Shown piece after piece: positions 37,572-51,409 of a DNA stretch of 64,000 bases. Position 1 is the stretch's first letter. The number at the start of each line of letters is the position of its first letter. The stretch comes from Eledone cirrhosa (lineage: Eukaryota): contig OZ024746.1 of NCBI GenBank assembly GCA_964016885.1, positions 25,792,001 to 25,856,000 of the forward strand. Reading direction: 5' to 3'. A program made the translations under genes and the position numbers. The notes under the pieces are model-generated. The model saw only the letters and a program-made list of their open reading frames with translations. It made no database searches and was not told the DNA's origin.

Positions 37572-40500
37572 GCTTCAACCACACCACATTTAGTTTGGCA
37601 CTCTACTGCTTCAACCACCCAACATCTAGTCTGGCACTCTACTGCTTCAACCACCCAACATCTAGTCTGACACTCTACTGCTTCAACCACCCAACATCTA
37701 GTCTGACACTCTACTGCTTCAACCACCCAACATCTAGTCTGGCACTCTACTGCTTCAACCACCTAACATCTAGTCTGGCACTCTACTGCTTCCACCACCC
37801 AACATCTAGTCTGGCACTCTACTGCTTCAACCACCCAACATCTAGGCTGACACTCTACTGCTTCAACCACCCAACATCTAGTCTGACACTCTACTGCTTC
37901 AACCACCCAACATCTAGTCTGGCACTCTACTGCTTCAACCACCTAACATCTAGTCTGGCACTCTACTGCCTCAACCACCCAACATCTAGTCTGGCACTCT
38001 ACTGCTTCAACCACCCAACATCTAGTCTGACACTCTACTGCTTCAACCACCCAACATCTAGTCTGACACTCTACTGCTTCAACCACCCAACATCTAGTCT
38101 GACACTCTACTGCTTCAACCACCCAACATCTAGTCTGGCACTCTACTGCTTCAACCACCTAACATCTAGTCTGGCACTCTACTGCCTCAACCACCCAACA
38201 TCTAGTCTGGCACTCTACTGCTTCAACCACCCAACATCTAGTCTGACACTCTACTGCTTCAACCACCCAACATCTAGTCTGGCACTCTACTGCTTCAACC
38301 ACCCAACATCTAGTCTGGCACTCTACTGCTTCAACCACCCAACATCTAGTCTGACACTCTACTGCTTCAACCACCTAACATCTAGTCTGGCACTCTACTG
38401 CTTCAACCACCCAACATCTAGTCTGGCACTCTACTGCTTCAACCACCCAACATCTAGTCTGGCACTCTACTGCTTCAACCACCCAACATCTAGTCTGGCA
38501 CTCTACTGCTTCAACCACCCAACATCTAGGCTGACACTCTACTGCTTCAACCACCCAACATCTAGTCTGACACTCTACTGCTTCAACCACCCAACATCTA
38601 GTCTGGCACTCTACTGCTTCAACCACCCAACATCTAGTCTGACACTCTACTGCTTCAACCACCTCACATCTAGTCTGGCACTCTACTGCTTCCACCACCC
38701 AACATCTAGTCTGACACTCTACTGCTTCCACCACCCAACATCTAGTCTGACACTCTACTGCTTCAACCACACCACATCTAGTCTGGCACTCTACTGCTTC
38801 AACCACCCAACATCTAGGCTGGCACTCTACTGCTTCAACCACCCAACATCTAGTCTGACACTCTACTGCTTCCACCACCCAACATCTAGTCTGGCACTCT
38901 ACTGCTTCCACCACCCAACATCTAGTCTGGCACTCTACTGCTTCAACCACCCAACATCTAGTCTGGCACTCTACTGCTTCAACCACCCAACATCTAGTCT
39001 GACACTCTACTGCTTCAACCACCCAACATCTAGGCTGGCACTCTACTGCTTCAACCACCCAACATCTAGTCTGACACTCTACTGCTTCCACCACCCAACA
39101 TCTAGTCTGGCACTCTACTGCTTCCACCACCCAACATCTAGTCTGGCACTCTACTGCTTCAACCACCCAACATCTAGTCTGGCACTCTACTGCTTCAACC
39201 ACCCAACATCTAGTCTGGCACTCTACTGCTTCAACCACCCAACATCTAGTCTGGCACTCTACTGCTTCCACCACCCAACATCTAGTCTGGCACTCTACTG
39301 CTTCAACCACCCAACATCTAGTCTGGCACTCTACTGCTTCAACCACCCAACATCTAGTCTGGCACTCTACTGCTTCCACCACCCAACATCTAGTCTGGCA
39401 CTCTACTGCTTCAACCACACCACATCTAGTCTGGCACTCTACTGCTTCAACCACCCAACATCTAGTCTGGCACTCTACTGCTTCAACCACCCAACATCTA
39501 GTCTGGCACTCTACTGCTTCAACCACACCACATCTAGTCTGGCACTCTACTGCTTCAACCACCCAACATCTAGTCTGGCACTCTACTGCTTCAACCACCC
39601 AACATCTAGTCTGGCACTCTACTGCTTCAACCACCCAACATCTAGTCTGGCACTCTACTGCTTCAACCACCCAACATCTAGTCTGGCACTCTACTGCTTC
39701 AACCACCCAACATCTAGTCTGGCACTCTACTGCTTCAACCACCCAACATCTAGTCTGGCACTCTACTGCTTCCACCACCCAACATCTAGTCTGGCACTCT
39801 ACTGCTTCAACCACACCACATCTAGTCTGGCACTCTACTGCTTCCACCACCCAACATCTAGGCTGGCACTCTACTGCTTCAACCACCCAACATCTAGTCT
39901 GACACTCTACTGCTTCAACCACCTCACATCTAGTCTGGCACTCTACTGCTTCAACCACCCAACATCTAGTCTGGCACTCTACTGCTTCCACCACCCAACA
40001 TCTAGTCTGACACTCTACTGCTTCAACCACACCACATCTAGTCTGGCACTCTACTGCTTCAACCACCCAACATCTAGGCTGGCACTCTACTGCTTCAACC
40101 ACCCAACATCTAGGCTGGCACTCTACTGCTTCAACCACCCAACATCTAGTCTGACACTCTACTGCTTCAACCACCCAACATCTAGTCTGGCACTCTACTG
40201 CTTCAACCACCCAACATCTAGTCTGGCACTCTACTGCTTCAACCACCCAACATCTAGTCTGACACTCTACTGCTTCCACCACCCAACATCTAGTCTGACA
40301 CTCTACTGCTTCAACCACACCACATCTAGTCTGGCACTCTACTGCTTCAACCACCCAACATCTAGGCTGGCACTCTACTGCTTCAACCACCCAACATCTA
40401 GGCTGGCACTCTACTGCTTCAACCACCCAACATCTAGTCTGACACTCTACTGCTTCAACCACCCAACATCTAGTCTGGCACTCTACTGCTTCAACCACCC

Positions 40501-43500
40501 AACATCTAGTCTGGCACTCTACTGCTTCAACCACCCAACATCTAGTCTGACACTCTACTGCTTCCACCACCCAACATCTAGTCTGGCACTCTACTGCTTC
40601 CACCACCCAACATCTAGTCTGGCACTCTACTGCTTCAACCACCCAACATCTAGTCTGGCACTCTACTGCTTCAACCACCCAACATCTAGTCTGACACTCT
40701 ACTGCTTCCACCACCCAACATCTAGTCTGGCACTCTACTGCTTCAACCACCCAACATCTAGTCTGGCACTCTACTGCTTCAACCACCCAACATCTAGTCT
40801 GGCACTCTACTGCTTCAACCACCCAACATCTAGTCTGGCACTCTACTGCTTCCACCACCCAACATCTAGTCTGGCACTCTACTGCTTCAACCACACCACA
40901 TCTAGTCTGGCACTCTACTGCTTCCACCACCCAACATCTAGGCTGACACTCTACTGCTTCAACCACCCAACATCTAGTCTGACACTCTACTGCTTCAACC
41001 ACCTCACATCTAGTCTGGCACTCTACTGCTTCAACCACCCAACATCTAGTCTGGCACTCTACTGCTTCCACCACCCAACATCTAGGCTGGCACCCTACTG
41101 CTTCAACCACCCAACATCTAGTCTGGCACTCTACTGCTTCAACCACCCAACATCTAGTCTGGCACTCTACTGCTTCAACCACCCAACATCTAGTCTGGCA
41201 CTCTACTGCTTCAACCACCCAACATCTAGTCTGACACTCTACTGCTTCAACCACCCAACATCTAGTCTGGCACTCTACTGCTTCAACCACCCAACATCTA
41301 GTCTGGCACTCTACTGCTTCAACCACCCAACATCTAGTCTGACACTCTACTGCTTCAACCACCCAACATCTAGTCTGACACTCTACTGCTTCAACCACCC
41401 AACATCTAGTCTGACACTCTACTGCTTCAACCACCCAACATCTAGTCTGGCACTCTACTGCTTCAACCACCCAACATCTAGTCTGACACTCTACTGCTTC
41501 AACCACCCAACATCTAGTCTGACACTCTACTGCTTCAACCACCCAACATCTAGTCTGGCACTCTACTGCTTCAACCACCCAACATCTAGTCTGGCACTCT
41601 ACTGCTTCAACCACCCAACATCTAGTCTGACACTCTACTGCTTCAACCACCCAACATCTAGTCTGACACTCTACTGCTTCAACCACCCAACATCTAGTCT
41701 GGCACTCTACTGCTTCAACCACCCAACATCTAGTCTGACACTCTACTGCTTCAACCACCCAACATCTAGTCTGACACTCTACTGCTTCAACCACCCAACA
41801 TCTAGTCTGGCACTCTACTGCTTCAACCACCCAACATCTAGTCTGACACTCTACTGCTTCAACCACCCAACATCTAGTCTGACACTCTACTGCTTCAACC
41901 ACCCAACATCTAGTCTGGCACTCTACTGCTTCAACCACCCAACATCTAGTCTGACACTCTACTGCTTCAACCACCCAACATCTAGTCTGGCACTCTACTG
42001 CTTCAACCACCCAACATCTAGTCTGACACTCTACTGCTTCAACCACCCAACATCTAGTCTGGCACTCTACTGCTTCAACCACCCAACATCTAGTCTGACA
42101 CTCTACTGCTTCAACCACCCAACATCTGGTCTGGCACTCTACTGCTTCAACCACCCAACATCTAGTCTGGCACTCTACTGCTTCAACCACACCACATCTA
42201 GTCTGGCACTCTACTACTTCAACCACCCAACATCTAGGCTGACACTCTACTGCTTCCACCACCCAACATCTAGTCTGACACTCTACTGCTTCAACCACCC
42301 AACATCTAGTCTGACACTCTACTGCTTCCACCACCCAACATCTAGTCTGGCACTCTACTGCTTCAACCACACCACATCTAGTCTGGCACTCTACTGCTTC
42401 CACCACCCAACATCTAGTCTGACACTCTACTGCTTCAACCACCCAACATCTAGTCTGACACTCTACTGCTTCCACCACCCAACATCTAGTCTGACACTCT
42501 ACTGCTTCCACCACCCAACATCTAGTCTGGCACTCTACTGCTTCCACCACCCAACATCTAGGCTGACACTCTACTGCTTCCACCACCCAACATCTAGTCT
42601 GACACTCTACTGCTTCAACCACCCAACATCTAGTCTGACACTCTACCGCTTCAACCACCCAACATCTAGTCTGACACTCTACTGCTTCAACCACCCAACA
42701 TCTAGTCTGACACTCTACTGCTTCAACCACCCAACATCTAGTCTGACACTCTACTGCTTCAACCACCCAACATCTAGTCTGACACTCTACTGCTTCCACC
42801 ACCCAACATCTAGTCTGACACTCTACTGCTTCAACCACCCAACATCTAGTCTGACACTCTACTGCTTCCACCACCCAACATCTATTCTGGCACTCTACTG
42901 CTTCCACCACCCAACATCTAGTCTGACACTCTACTGCTTCAACCACCTCACATCTAGTCTGACACTCTACTGCTTCAACCACCCAACATCTAGTCTGACA
43001 CTCTACTGCTTCAACCACCCAACATCTAGTCTGACACTCTACTGCTTCAACCACCCAACATCTAGTCTGACACTCTACTGCTCCCACCACCCAACATCTA
43101 GTCTGACACTCTACTGCTTCCACCACCCAACATTTAGTCTGACACTCTACTGCTTCCACCACCCAACATCTAGTCTGGCACTCTACTGCTTCAACCACCC
43201 AACATCTAGTCTGACACTCTACTGCTTCAACCACCCAACATCTAGTCTGACACTCTACTGCTTCAACCACCCAACATCTAGTCTGACACTCTACTGCTTC
43301 AACCACCCAACATCTAGTCTGACACTCTACTGCTTCAACCACCCAACATCTAGTCTGACACTCTACTGCTTCAACCACCCAACATCTAGGCTGGCACTCT
43401 ACTGCTTCCACCACCCAACATCTAGTCTGGCACTCTACTGCTTCAACCACCCAACATCTAGTCTGGCACTCTACTGCTTCAACCACCCAACATCTAGTCT

Positions 43501-45575
43501 GACACTCTACTGCTTCAACCACCCAACATCTAGTCTGACACTCTACTGCTTCAACCACCCAACATCTAGTCTGACACTCTACTGCTTCAACCACCCAACA
43601 TCTAGTCTGACACTCTACTGCTTCAACCACCCAACATCTAGTCTGGCACTCTACTGCTTCAACCACCCAACATCTAGTCTGACACTCTACTGCTTCAACC
43701 ACCCAACATCTAGTCTGACACTCTACTGCTTCAACCACCCAACATCTAGTCTGACACTCTACTGCTTCAACCACCCAACATCTAGTCTGACACTCTACTG
43801 CTTCAACCACCCAACATCTAGTCTGACACTCTACTGCTTCAACCACCCAACATCTAGTCTGGCACTCTACTGCTTCAACCACACCACATCTAGTCTGGCA
43901 CTCTACTGCTTCCACCACCCAACATCTAGTCTGGCACTCTACTGCTTCAACCACACCACATCTAGTCTGGCACTCTACTGCTTCCACCACCCAACATCTA
44001 GTCTGGCACTCTACTGCTTCAACCACACCACATCTAGTCTGGCACTCTACTGCTTCAACCACCCAACATCTAGGCTGACACTCTACTGCTTCCACCACCC
44101 AACATCTAGTCTGGCACTCTACTGCTTCAACCACCCAACATCTAGGCTGGCACTCTACTGCTTCCACCACCCAACATCTAGGCTGGCACTCTACTGCTTC
44201 AACCACCCAACATCTAGGCTGACACTCTACTGCTTCCACCACCCAACATCTAGGCTGGCACTCTACTGCTTCAACCACCCAACATCTAGGCTGACACTCT
44301 ACTGCTTCAACCACCCAACATCTAGGCTGGCACTCTACTGCTTCAACCACCCAACATCTAGTCTGACACTCTACTGCTTCAACCACCCAACATCTAGGCT
44401 GGCACTCTACTGCTTCAACCACCCAACATCTAGTCTGGCACTCTACTGCTTCAACCACCCAACATCTAGTCTGGCACTCTACTGCTTCAACCACACCACA
44501 TCTAGTCTGACACTCTACTGCTTCAACCACCTCACATCTAGTCTGACACTCTACTGCTTCAACCACCCAACATCTAGTCTGGCACTCTACTGCTTCCACC
44601 ACCCAACATCTAGTCTGACACTCTACTGCTTCCACCACCCAACATCTAGTCTGGCACTCTACTGCTTCAACCACCCAACATCTAGTCTGACACTCTACTG
44701 CTTCAACCACCCAACATCTAGTCTGGCACTCTACTGCTTCCACCACCCAACATCTAGTCTGACACTCTACTGCTTCAACCACCCAACATCTAGTCTGACA
44801 CTCTACTGCTTCCACCACCCAACATCTAGTCTGGCACTCTACTGCTTCAACCACCTCACATCTAGTCTGGCACTCTACTGCTTCAACCACCCAACATCTA
44901 GTCTGGCACTCTACTGCTTCAACCACCCAACATCTAGACTGGCACTCTACTGCTTCCACCACCCAACATCTAGTCTGGCACTCTACTGCTTCAACCACCC
45001 AACATCTAGTCTGGCACTCTACTGCTTCAACCACCCAACATCTAGTCTGGCACTCTACTGCTTCAACCACCCAACATCTAGTCTGGCACTCTACTGCTTC
45101 CACCACCCAACATCTAGTCTGACACTCTACTGCTTCAACCACCTCACATCTAGGCTGGCACTCTACTGCTTCCACCACCCAACATCTAGTCTGACACTCT
45201 ACTGCTTCCACCACCCAACATCTAGTCTGACACTCTACTGCTTCCACCACCCAACATCTAGGCTGGCACTCTACTGCTTCAACCACCCAACATCTAGGCT
45301 GACACTCTACTGCTTCAACCACCCAACATCTAGTCTGGCACTCTACTGCTTCAACCACCCAACATCTAGTCTGGCACTCTACTGCTTCAACCACCCAACA
45401 TCTAGTCTGGCACTCTACTGCTTCAACCACCCAACATCTAGTCTGGCACTCTACTGCTTCAACCACCCAACATCTAGTCTGACACTCTACTGCTTCAACC
45501 ACCCAACATCTAGTCTGGCACTCTACTGCTTCCACCACCCAACATCTAGTTGGGTGCTCTACTGCTTCAACCTCC
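37572..45575. repeat. 36-bp minisatellite array, about 222 copies, no visible indels
   Basis: Unit ctggcactctactgcttcaaccacccaacatctagt; variants almost confined to 4 positions. Confidence 0.98.
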
Positions 45576-45804
45576 CACCCACATTATTTTTAGTGCTTTA
45601 TACTTCTACCACTCAACATGACTCAACATTAAAAATATATTACTTACCCTTCCCCAACCCCTACAACTGAAATTTTCTGGACCCCCCCCCCTCCATAAAT
45701 ATTCCTCTCCCAACAATAAAATCTCTGACAATTTAAATGTGTTGATGAAATTAAAGTAATGCAAGTATTCAATAAAATTCATCCAGTACACTCTGTAAAA
45801 TGTA

Positions 45805-46125
45805 AGTGGCTGAGTATTCTCTAGAAATGTGTACCCTTAATATAATTCTCAGGGAGATTCAGCATGACACAGTGTATGATAAGATTTGTCTTTTGAAGTA
45901 CAGATATCACTAATGTTTTTTTTCCACTGTATGAACTGGAGCAATGAAAAATATGAGGGTCGACTGAAAGGTACATAGATTGACCAGAATCCTTCATAGT
46001 TGGCCTATGTACTTTTGAGCTAATCCTCATAGAGTGTCTTGCTCAAGGATATAACCCACTGCTGGAAAAATGAACTCACGACCTTACAATCATGATCTGA
46101 ACACCTTAACCACTAAGCCACATGT
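45805..46125 (-). mobile_element. Family-C SINE
   Basis: gtggctgagtattc..gtgtcttgctcaagga..tgaactcacgaccttacaatcatga..taaccactaagccac. Confidence 0.75.
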
Positions 46126-46559
46126 TTTTACATTTAAAAATAAATAAATGTAAAAATAAAAACAACAAAAACTCCAATGATAAAAACAATATTCCCAACA
46201 GAGTGATTTATATTCTTCTCTTATATTACTTTCAGCCCATTTCTTTGAATGGCTTTTGTCTAATAGAATTATAGGAAAGCAAAGATTATAAAATAAAAAT
46301 AAACTTGATGTAATGGTTAATTCTTATGTCTGCCTCAGAGGAGGCAATAATATGGTGTGGTGTCCAGTCATTTCTCAGGGGACACATTAAGAGGTGTAAT
46401 GGTGTAATTTGTAATATATATGGTCAGTGGGGGGAGGTGGAAGTAAGGTTAATGGTTTCAATCTTAGGTCACCTAGTGTACCAGATTATCTAGAAATAGA
46501 AGAAGACCTGTGATTTATCACTCATCTGTTACATTATGAGATTGTAGTTAAGCAATAAA

Positions 46560-46702
46560 GTGGTGAAGTAGCCAAGTCATTATTAGAGCATCAGATAGAA
46601 TGCTTTGTGGTATTTGTTCTGGCTCTCTGCATTCTGAGTTCAAACCCCACCGAGGTTAGCTTTGCCTTTCATTCTTTCAAGGTGGATAAATAAAGTACCA
46701 GA
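46560..46702 (+). mobile_element. Family-A SINE
   Basis: ctgagttcaaaccccaccgagg..tttgcctttcat..gataaataaagtaccag. Confidence 0.75.
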
Positions 46703-47605
46703 GTTGATTTTTCCTGTATCCCCACCCCTTCTCTCTCTCTGTGGAAGAAATTGGCTGCATGCCAATCTGGAGAATGATAGGTTTAAATAACAAAGATGGT
46801 ATCCCTACAAATGCTTCAACCCCATCAAAAGTTAAGGGTCGATGAATAGAGCTAAACAATGGTCTTTTAAAAGAGCTTCTTTGTAAGATGTAGACATTTG
46901 TATTCTTACATAAATGGGTGCAGCCATGGCTGTGTGGTTAAGTAATTTGCTTTGAAATCATATGGTTTCTTGTTCGGTTCTATTGAGTAGCACTTTGGGC
47001 AAACCTCAGGTTGAGGTTGACTAATGGCATATGAGAAAAATTTTGTAGAGAGAAACTGTGTGGAAGATCGTTGTGTATCATCATCATCATCATTATCATC
47101 TTCATTTAATGCCTATTTTTCCATGCCTGCATGGGTTCGAGGTTAGAGAGGTTGTCATGTTATCAGACAAGTCAGGTTAGTATATATATATATATATATG
47201 TATATATAGTAATAATAATAAATGTGAAGACTAAAATTCGAAGAGGGCTCGATAAGAATAATATATATATAAAAATATATAAAACTGCGTCCATAGATTC
47301 ATTTTTTTAGTTTTAGAAGATTAAGGGTGAAAGCAGCGATTCTTTGCTTAAACTTTAATCTGTTATTTTAATAAATAATTTATATATATATATATATAGT
47401 ATTAATTATACTATTTATGGTTATGTAAATACAAAAACCTTTTGCAGTTATATGTATTTTTTATACAAACCCTAAATAGTGGTAGGCAGTAATGTATTAC
47501 TACCTTATTACCAGTAAGTTAAGTAGCTCAATGTAAAAACATCAGATGATTTACAGAGCAGTTATATGAAATATAAGAATCAAAGAACTGTTCAAAACAT
47601 TATTG

Positions 47606-47652
47606 TGCTTACAGCTGTTTCCTCCAAACCGAGGTTTGGATTCTTCGGAGCA
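47606..47652 (-). ncRNA. Mirror hammerhead motif in the left palindrome arm
   Basis: Exact reverse complement of 48033-48079. Confidence 0.72.
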
Positions 47653-48032
47653 ATTTATTAATGAATGGACAGTTATATGCCCTCCTTTTCAGCCAAGAGA
47701 CATACCGATACATATGCAAATATTGTGGGTCAGCATTCATTACAGCATTTAGAGTGACAGTACACACTTCGAGATTACATTCATATTAAAAGGTACAATC
47801 AAAAATCAAAAATACAGGTTAAAATACAACATGAAGATAACCGCTTATCTTCATGTTGTATTTTAACCTGTATTTTTGATTTTTGATTGTACCTTTTAAT
47901 ATGAATCTAATCTCGAAGTGTGTACTGCCACTCTAAATGCTGTAATGAATGCTGACCCACAATATTTGCATATGTATCGGTATGTCTCTTGGCTGAAAAG
48001 GAGGTCATATAACTGTCCATTCATTAATAAAT

Positions 48033-48079
48033 TGCTCCGAAGAATCCAAACCTCGGTTTGGAGGAAACAGCTGTAAGCA
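48033..48079 (+). ncRNA. Type I hammerhead motif (CCGAAGA core variant) in the right palindrome arm
   Basis: Stem I TGCT/AGCA; CCGAAGA; stem II TCCAAACC-tc-GGTTTGGA closed by an A-G mismatch; GAAA; palindromic ACAGCTGT stem III; GUA site at 48073-48075. Confidence 0.72.
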
Positions 48080-48119
48080 CAATAATGTTTTGAACAGTTC
48101 TTTGATTCTTATATTTCAT

Positions 48120-48152
<33 letters not shown>

Positions 48153-48834
48153 TCCGTCAATAAAATAAGCACTAAATTTGGAAAAAAAAAGTACTGGGCT
48201 CGCTATGGTTGATTAAATCAAGGCAATGCCCCGGCATGGCCTTAGTTTAATAACTGAAGCCAGAAAAAGAGTAAAAGAAAAAAGGTTCTCTTACAAAACT
48301 TTTTGTTTTGGAATGAAGAATTTTGTGTTTACTGTTCACACTGATGTTTATATTGGAACTGATCATTGAGGAGAGCAACAACAATAGCAACAGCAACAAT
48401 AGCAACAACAATAACAACAGCAGCAGTAACAACAATAACAACAACAACAACAACAACTATAACAAGAAAAATAACAACAACAAAAGCTATGGCAACAACA
48501 ACAATAACAATAACAGCAACATTGCCACTTCCACCACAAACAAAAAACCAACAATATAACCAGCCATGCCAAAAACAATAACATCACCAACAATAATGAC
48601 AGTTCCACCACCACCACCACCACCACCACCACCACCACCAACAACAACAACAATAAATTTATACCATTCTTAATGGAAGTGTGGCAGCAAAAGAAATATA
48701 TTTGTTTTTCAGTTTAAGAAAATAATGTACATATTTTTTTTATTGGTTGATTGATATAGTTTGTACCATTTGTGTATTTTGGGGGTTGAATGTTTGTCTA
48801 CAGTAGAACTGTTGGTAATTCTAGAGCATAACAG

Positions 48835-49838
48835 TGTCGACAGTGGAGATACAGTAGAGTTACAGTGGAGATACAGCAGAGTTACAGTTGAGACACAGCA
48901 GAGTTACAGTAGAGCTAATTCTGCTATGTAATACTGTCTACACTGGAACTACAGTAGAGTCACAGCAGAGCTACAGTTGAGTTACTGTGGAGTTACAGTG
49001 GAGTTACAGTGGAGCTGCAGTAGAACTATAGTAGAGTTACAGTAGAGTTACAGTGGAGGTACAGCAGAGTTACAGTAGAGACACAGCAGAGTTACAGTAG
49101 AGCTAATTCTGCTATGTAATACTGTCTACACTGGAACTACAGTAGAGCTACAGTAGAGACACAGCAGAGCTACAGTTGAGTTACTGTGGAGATACAGTGG
49201 AGTTACAGTGGAGTTGCAGTAGAAATACAGTGGAACTACAGTAGAGTTACAGTAGAGTTACAGTAGAGCTACAGTAGAGTCACAGCAGAGCTACAGTAGA
49301 GACACAGCAGAGTTATAGTAGAGCTAATTCTGCTATGTAATGCTGTCTACACTGGAACTACAGTAGAGCTACAGTAGAGACACAGCAGAGCTACAGTTGA
49401 GTTACTGTGGAGATACACTGGAGTTACAGTGGAGCTGCAGTAGAAGTACAGTGGAACTACAGTAGAGTTACAGTGGAGGTACAGCAGAGTTACAGTAGAG
49501 ACACAGCAGAGTTACAGTATAGCTAATTCTGCTATGTAATGCTGTCTACACTGGAACTACAGTAGAGCTACAGTAGAGACACAGCAGAGCTACAGTTGAG
49601 TTACTGTGGAGATACAGTGGAGTTACAGTGGAGCTGCAGTAGAAATACAGTGGAACTACAGTAGAGTTACAGTAGAGTTACAGTAGAGCTACAGTAGAGT
49701 CACAGCAGAGCTACAGTTGAGTTACTGTGGAGATACAGTGGAGCTGCAGTAGAACTAGTGGAACTACAGTAGAGTTACAGTGGAGGTACAATAGATTTTA
49801 CAGTGGAACCGTAGCGGAGCTACAGTGGAGGTACAGTG
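48835..49838. repeat. 11-bp minisatellite (tacagtagagt) with ~190-220 bp higher-order units
   Basis: The marker ctaattctgctatgtaat(a/g)ctgtctacactggaac recurs at about 48915, 49103, 49324 and 49523. Confidence 0.9.
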
Positions 49839-50214
49839 CGGGTTGTTAATTCTAGAAAGTGGCAATTGTCTTGCAGCATTTTATGAAAAATGTTCATAAT
49901 GTACTGCATGCACCTTATCATGGCATCAACACTGCCACTTTATATATATAACAAATATATTAATATTCTAGCAAACAAATGTGTATATATTTATATATCT
50001 CTATATCTGTATTGATTTCTATTTTAGTAATAACAGGCAAATATATGAATACATAAAGCACACTCATATATATATATATATATATATATATAAATGACAG
50101 TTTTTAGTCAACATTAATCTTCCTTATATTTCTCCTTTTTTTATTCCTTTATTTATGTCCAATCTCTAGGGATAGCAAACAATATACAATATATATATAT
50201 AATGTGTGTGTATG

Positions 50215-50270
<56 letters not shown>

Positions 50271-50294
50271 ATATATATATAATATGTGTGTATG

Positions 50295-50332
<38 letters not shown>

Positions 50333-50794
50333 CATACACACATATATCGTACATATAGATTATATATATATATATAAATGTATTTATATACATAATGTAT
50401 AGGGTTGAGTGAATTGTTAGAGAAAATGAGATTAGAATATATTGTGAGAAATATAAGGGGTGGAAGTATGGATTGGTGTAAATATGAAGTGTGAACATCT
50501 TATTGGTGATGTCTTGAAAAATAAAGTATATAAAAAGATTGTTTTTAAATGGTTCACTTGTCAAATACCTATCAGTATGTCTTGAAATAGTTCTTCAAAA
50601 CTTCAAAATGGTTTATACATTAAAAGTAATATTTTACATGACTTTTGTTTAAAAAGGATTTTAAAGTTAGTTATAAGTTAGATGTATTGAATTTATCACT
50701 TAATATTGTTGGTTGGTTTGTCATATATTTTTTTTCTATATCTAATTGTAATTTTCTATAGCAATTGTAAACAAGGAATATAAAAAAATGATAA

Positions 50795-50988
50795 AAATAA
50801 TAATAATGAAAATTATTGTGTTCAGTGATCAGGTGCACTACAACTCATCAAAGGTGTAAATATAGTACATAGAATAATGTACAAATGTCATGAAAGTGTA
50901 TGAGTCATGATATACACACAGATACATGTATTCGTGTGTATGGAGGGGGGATATCAGGTGTAGTGTTGGAGAATTTCGGGAAGTATGT
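50795..50988 (-). mobile_element. CR1-like LINE 3' UTR, same family as 60920-61227
   Basis: Reverse complement of ..tttga(c/t)gagttgtagtgcacctga.cactg.acacaataattt.cat-(TAT)n. Confidence 0.75.
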
Positions 50989-51409
50989 GAGGGGTGTTGG
51001 ACTCACAATCATAAGATTGTACGTTTGATTTCTGGACTGGGCAGCAAGTTGTGTTCTTAAGCAAGATGTTTAATTTCATATTATTTTACATGATAGGACT
51101 AGGCCCTTAATGTTAAAATACCCAAGAAACCTCTATGAGATGTGCACGTAACCTCACAGGAGACCAGTTAAATCTGCTTTAATGTGAGCTGTAAATTCTA
51201 TTTCATTTCAATTAAAATATTAACAAGTTAAATTTAACAATATAGGAGCAGACATTGCTGTGTAGTTAAGGGGTTCATTTCACTTTCATTGCATGGCATC
51301 TTGGATAAGTATCTTCCACAACAGTCTTGGGTTGACCAATGACTTGTGTGAGATGTGATTCAATCCAACCAGCCAGCCATCTATCCACTGTATATATATA
51401 TATATATAT

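Larger units (their letters stand above)
47563..48122. repeat. 560-bp near-perfect inverted repeat (278-bp arms, 4-nt spacer CCGC)
   Basis: Arms 47563-47840 and 47845-48122 are reverse complements with about 3 mismatches by eye. Confidence 0.95.

Noticed and set aside
37572-45575. CRISPR array (36-bp repeat length)
   Set aside because: Units are directly adjacent with no unique spacers, there are no cas genes, and the context is eukaryotic.
37595-45670. 2691-aa and 2387-aa ORFs as real genes
   Set aside because: Both come from a 36-bp (multiple of 3) stop-free tandem unit that appears SINE-derived; no ATG start, unique domain or splice context.
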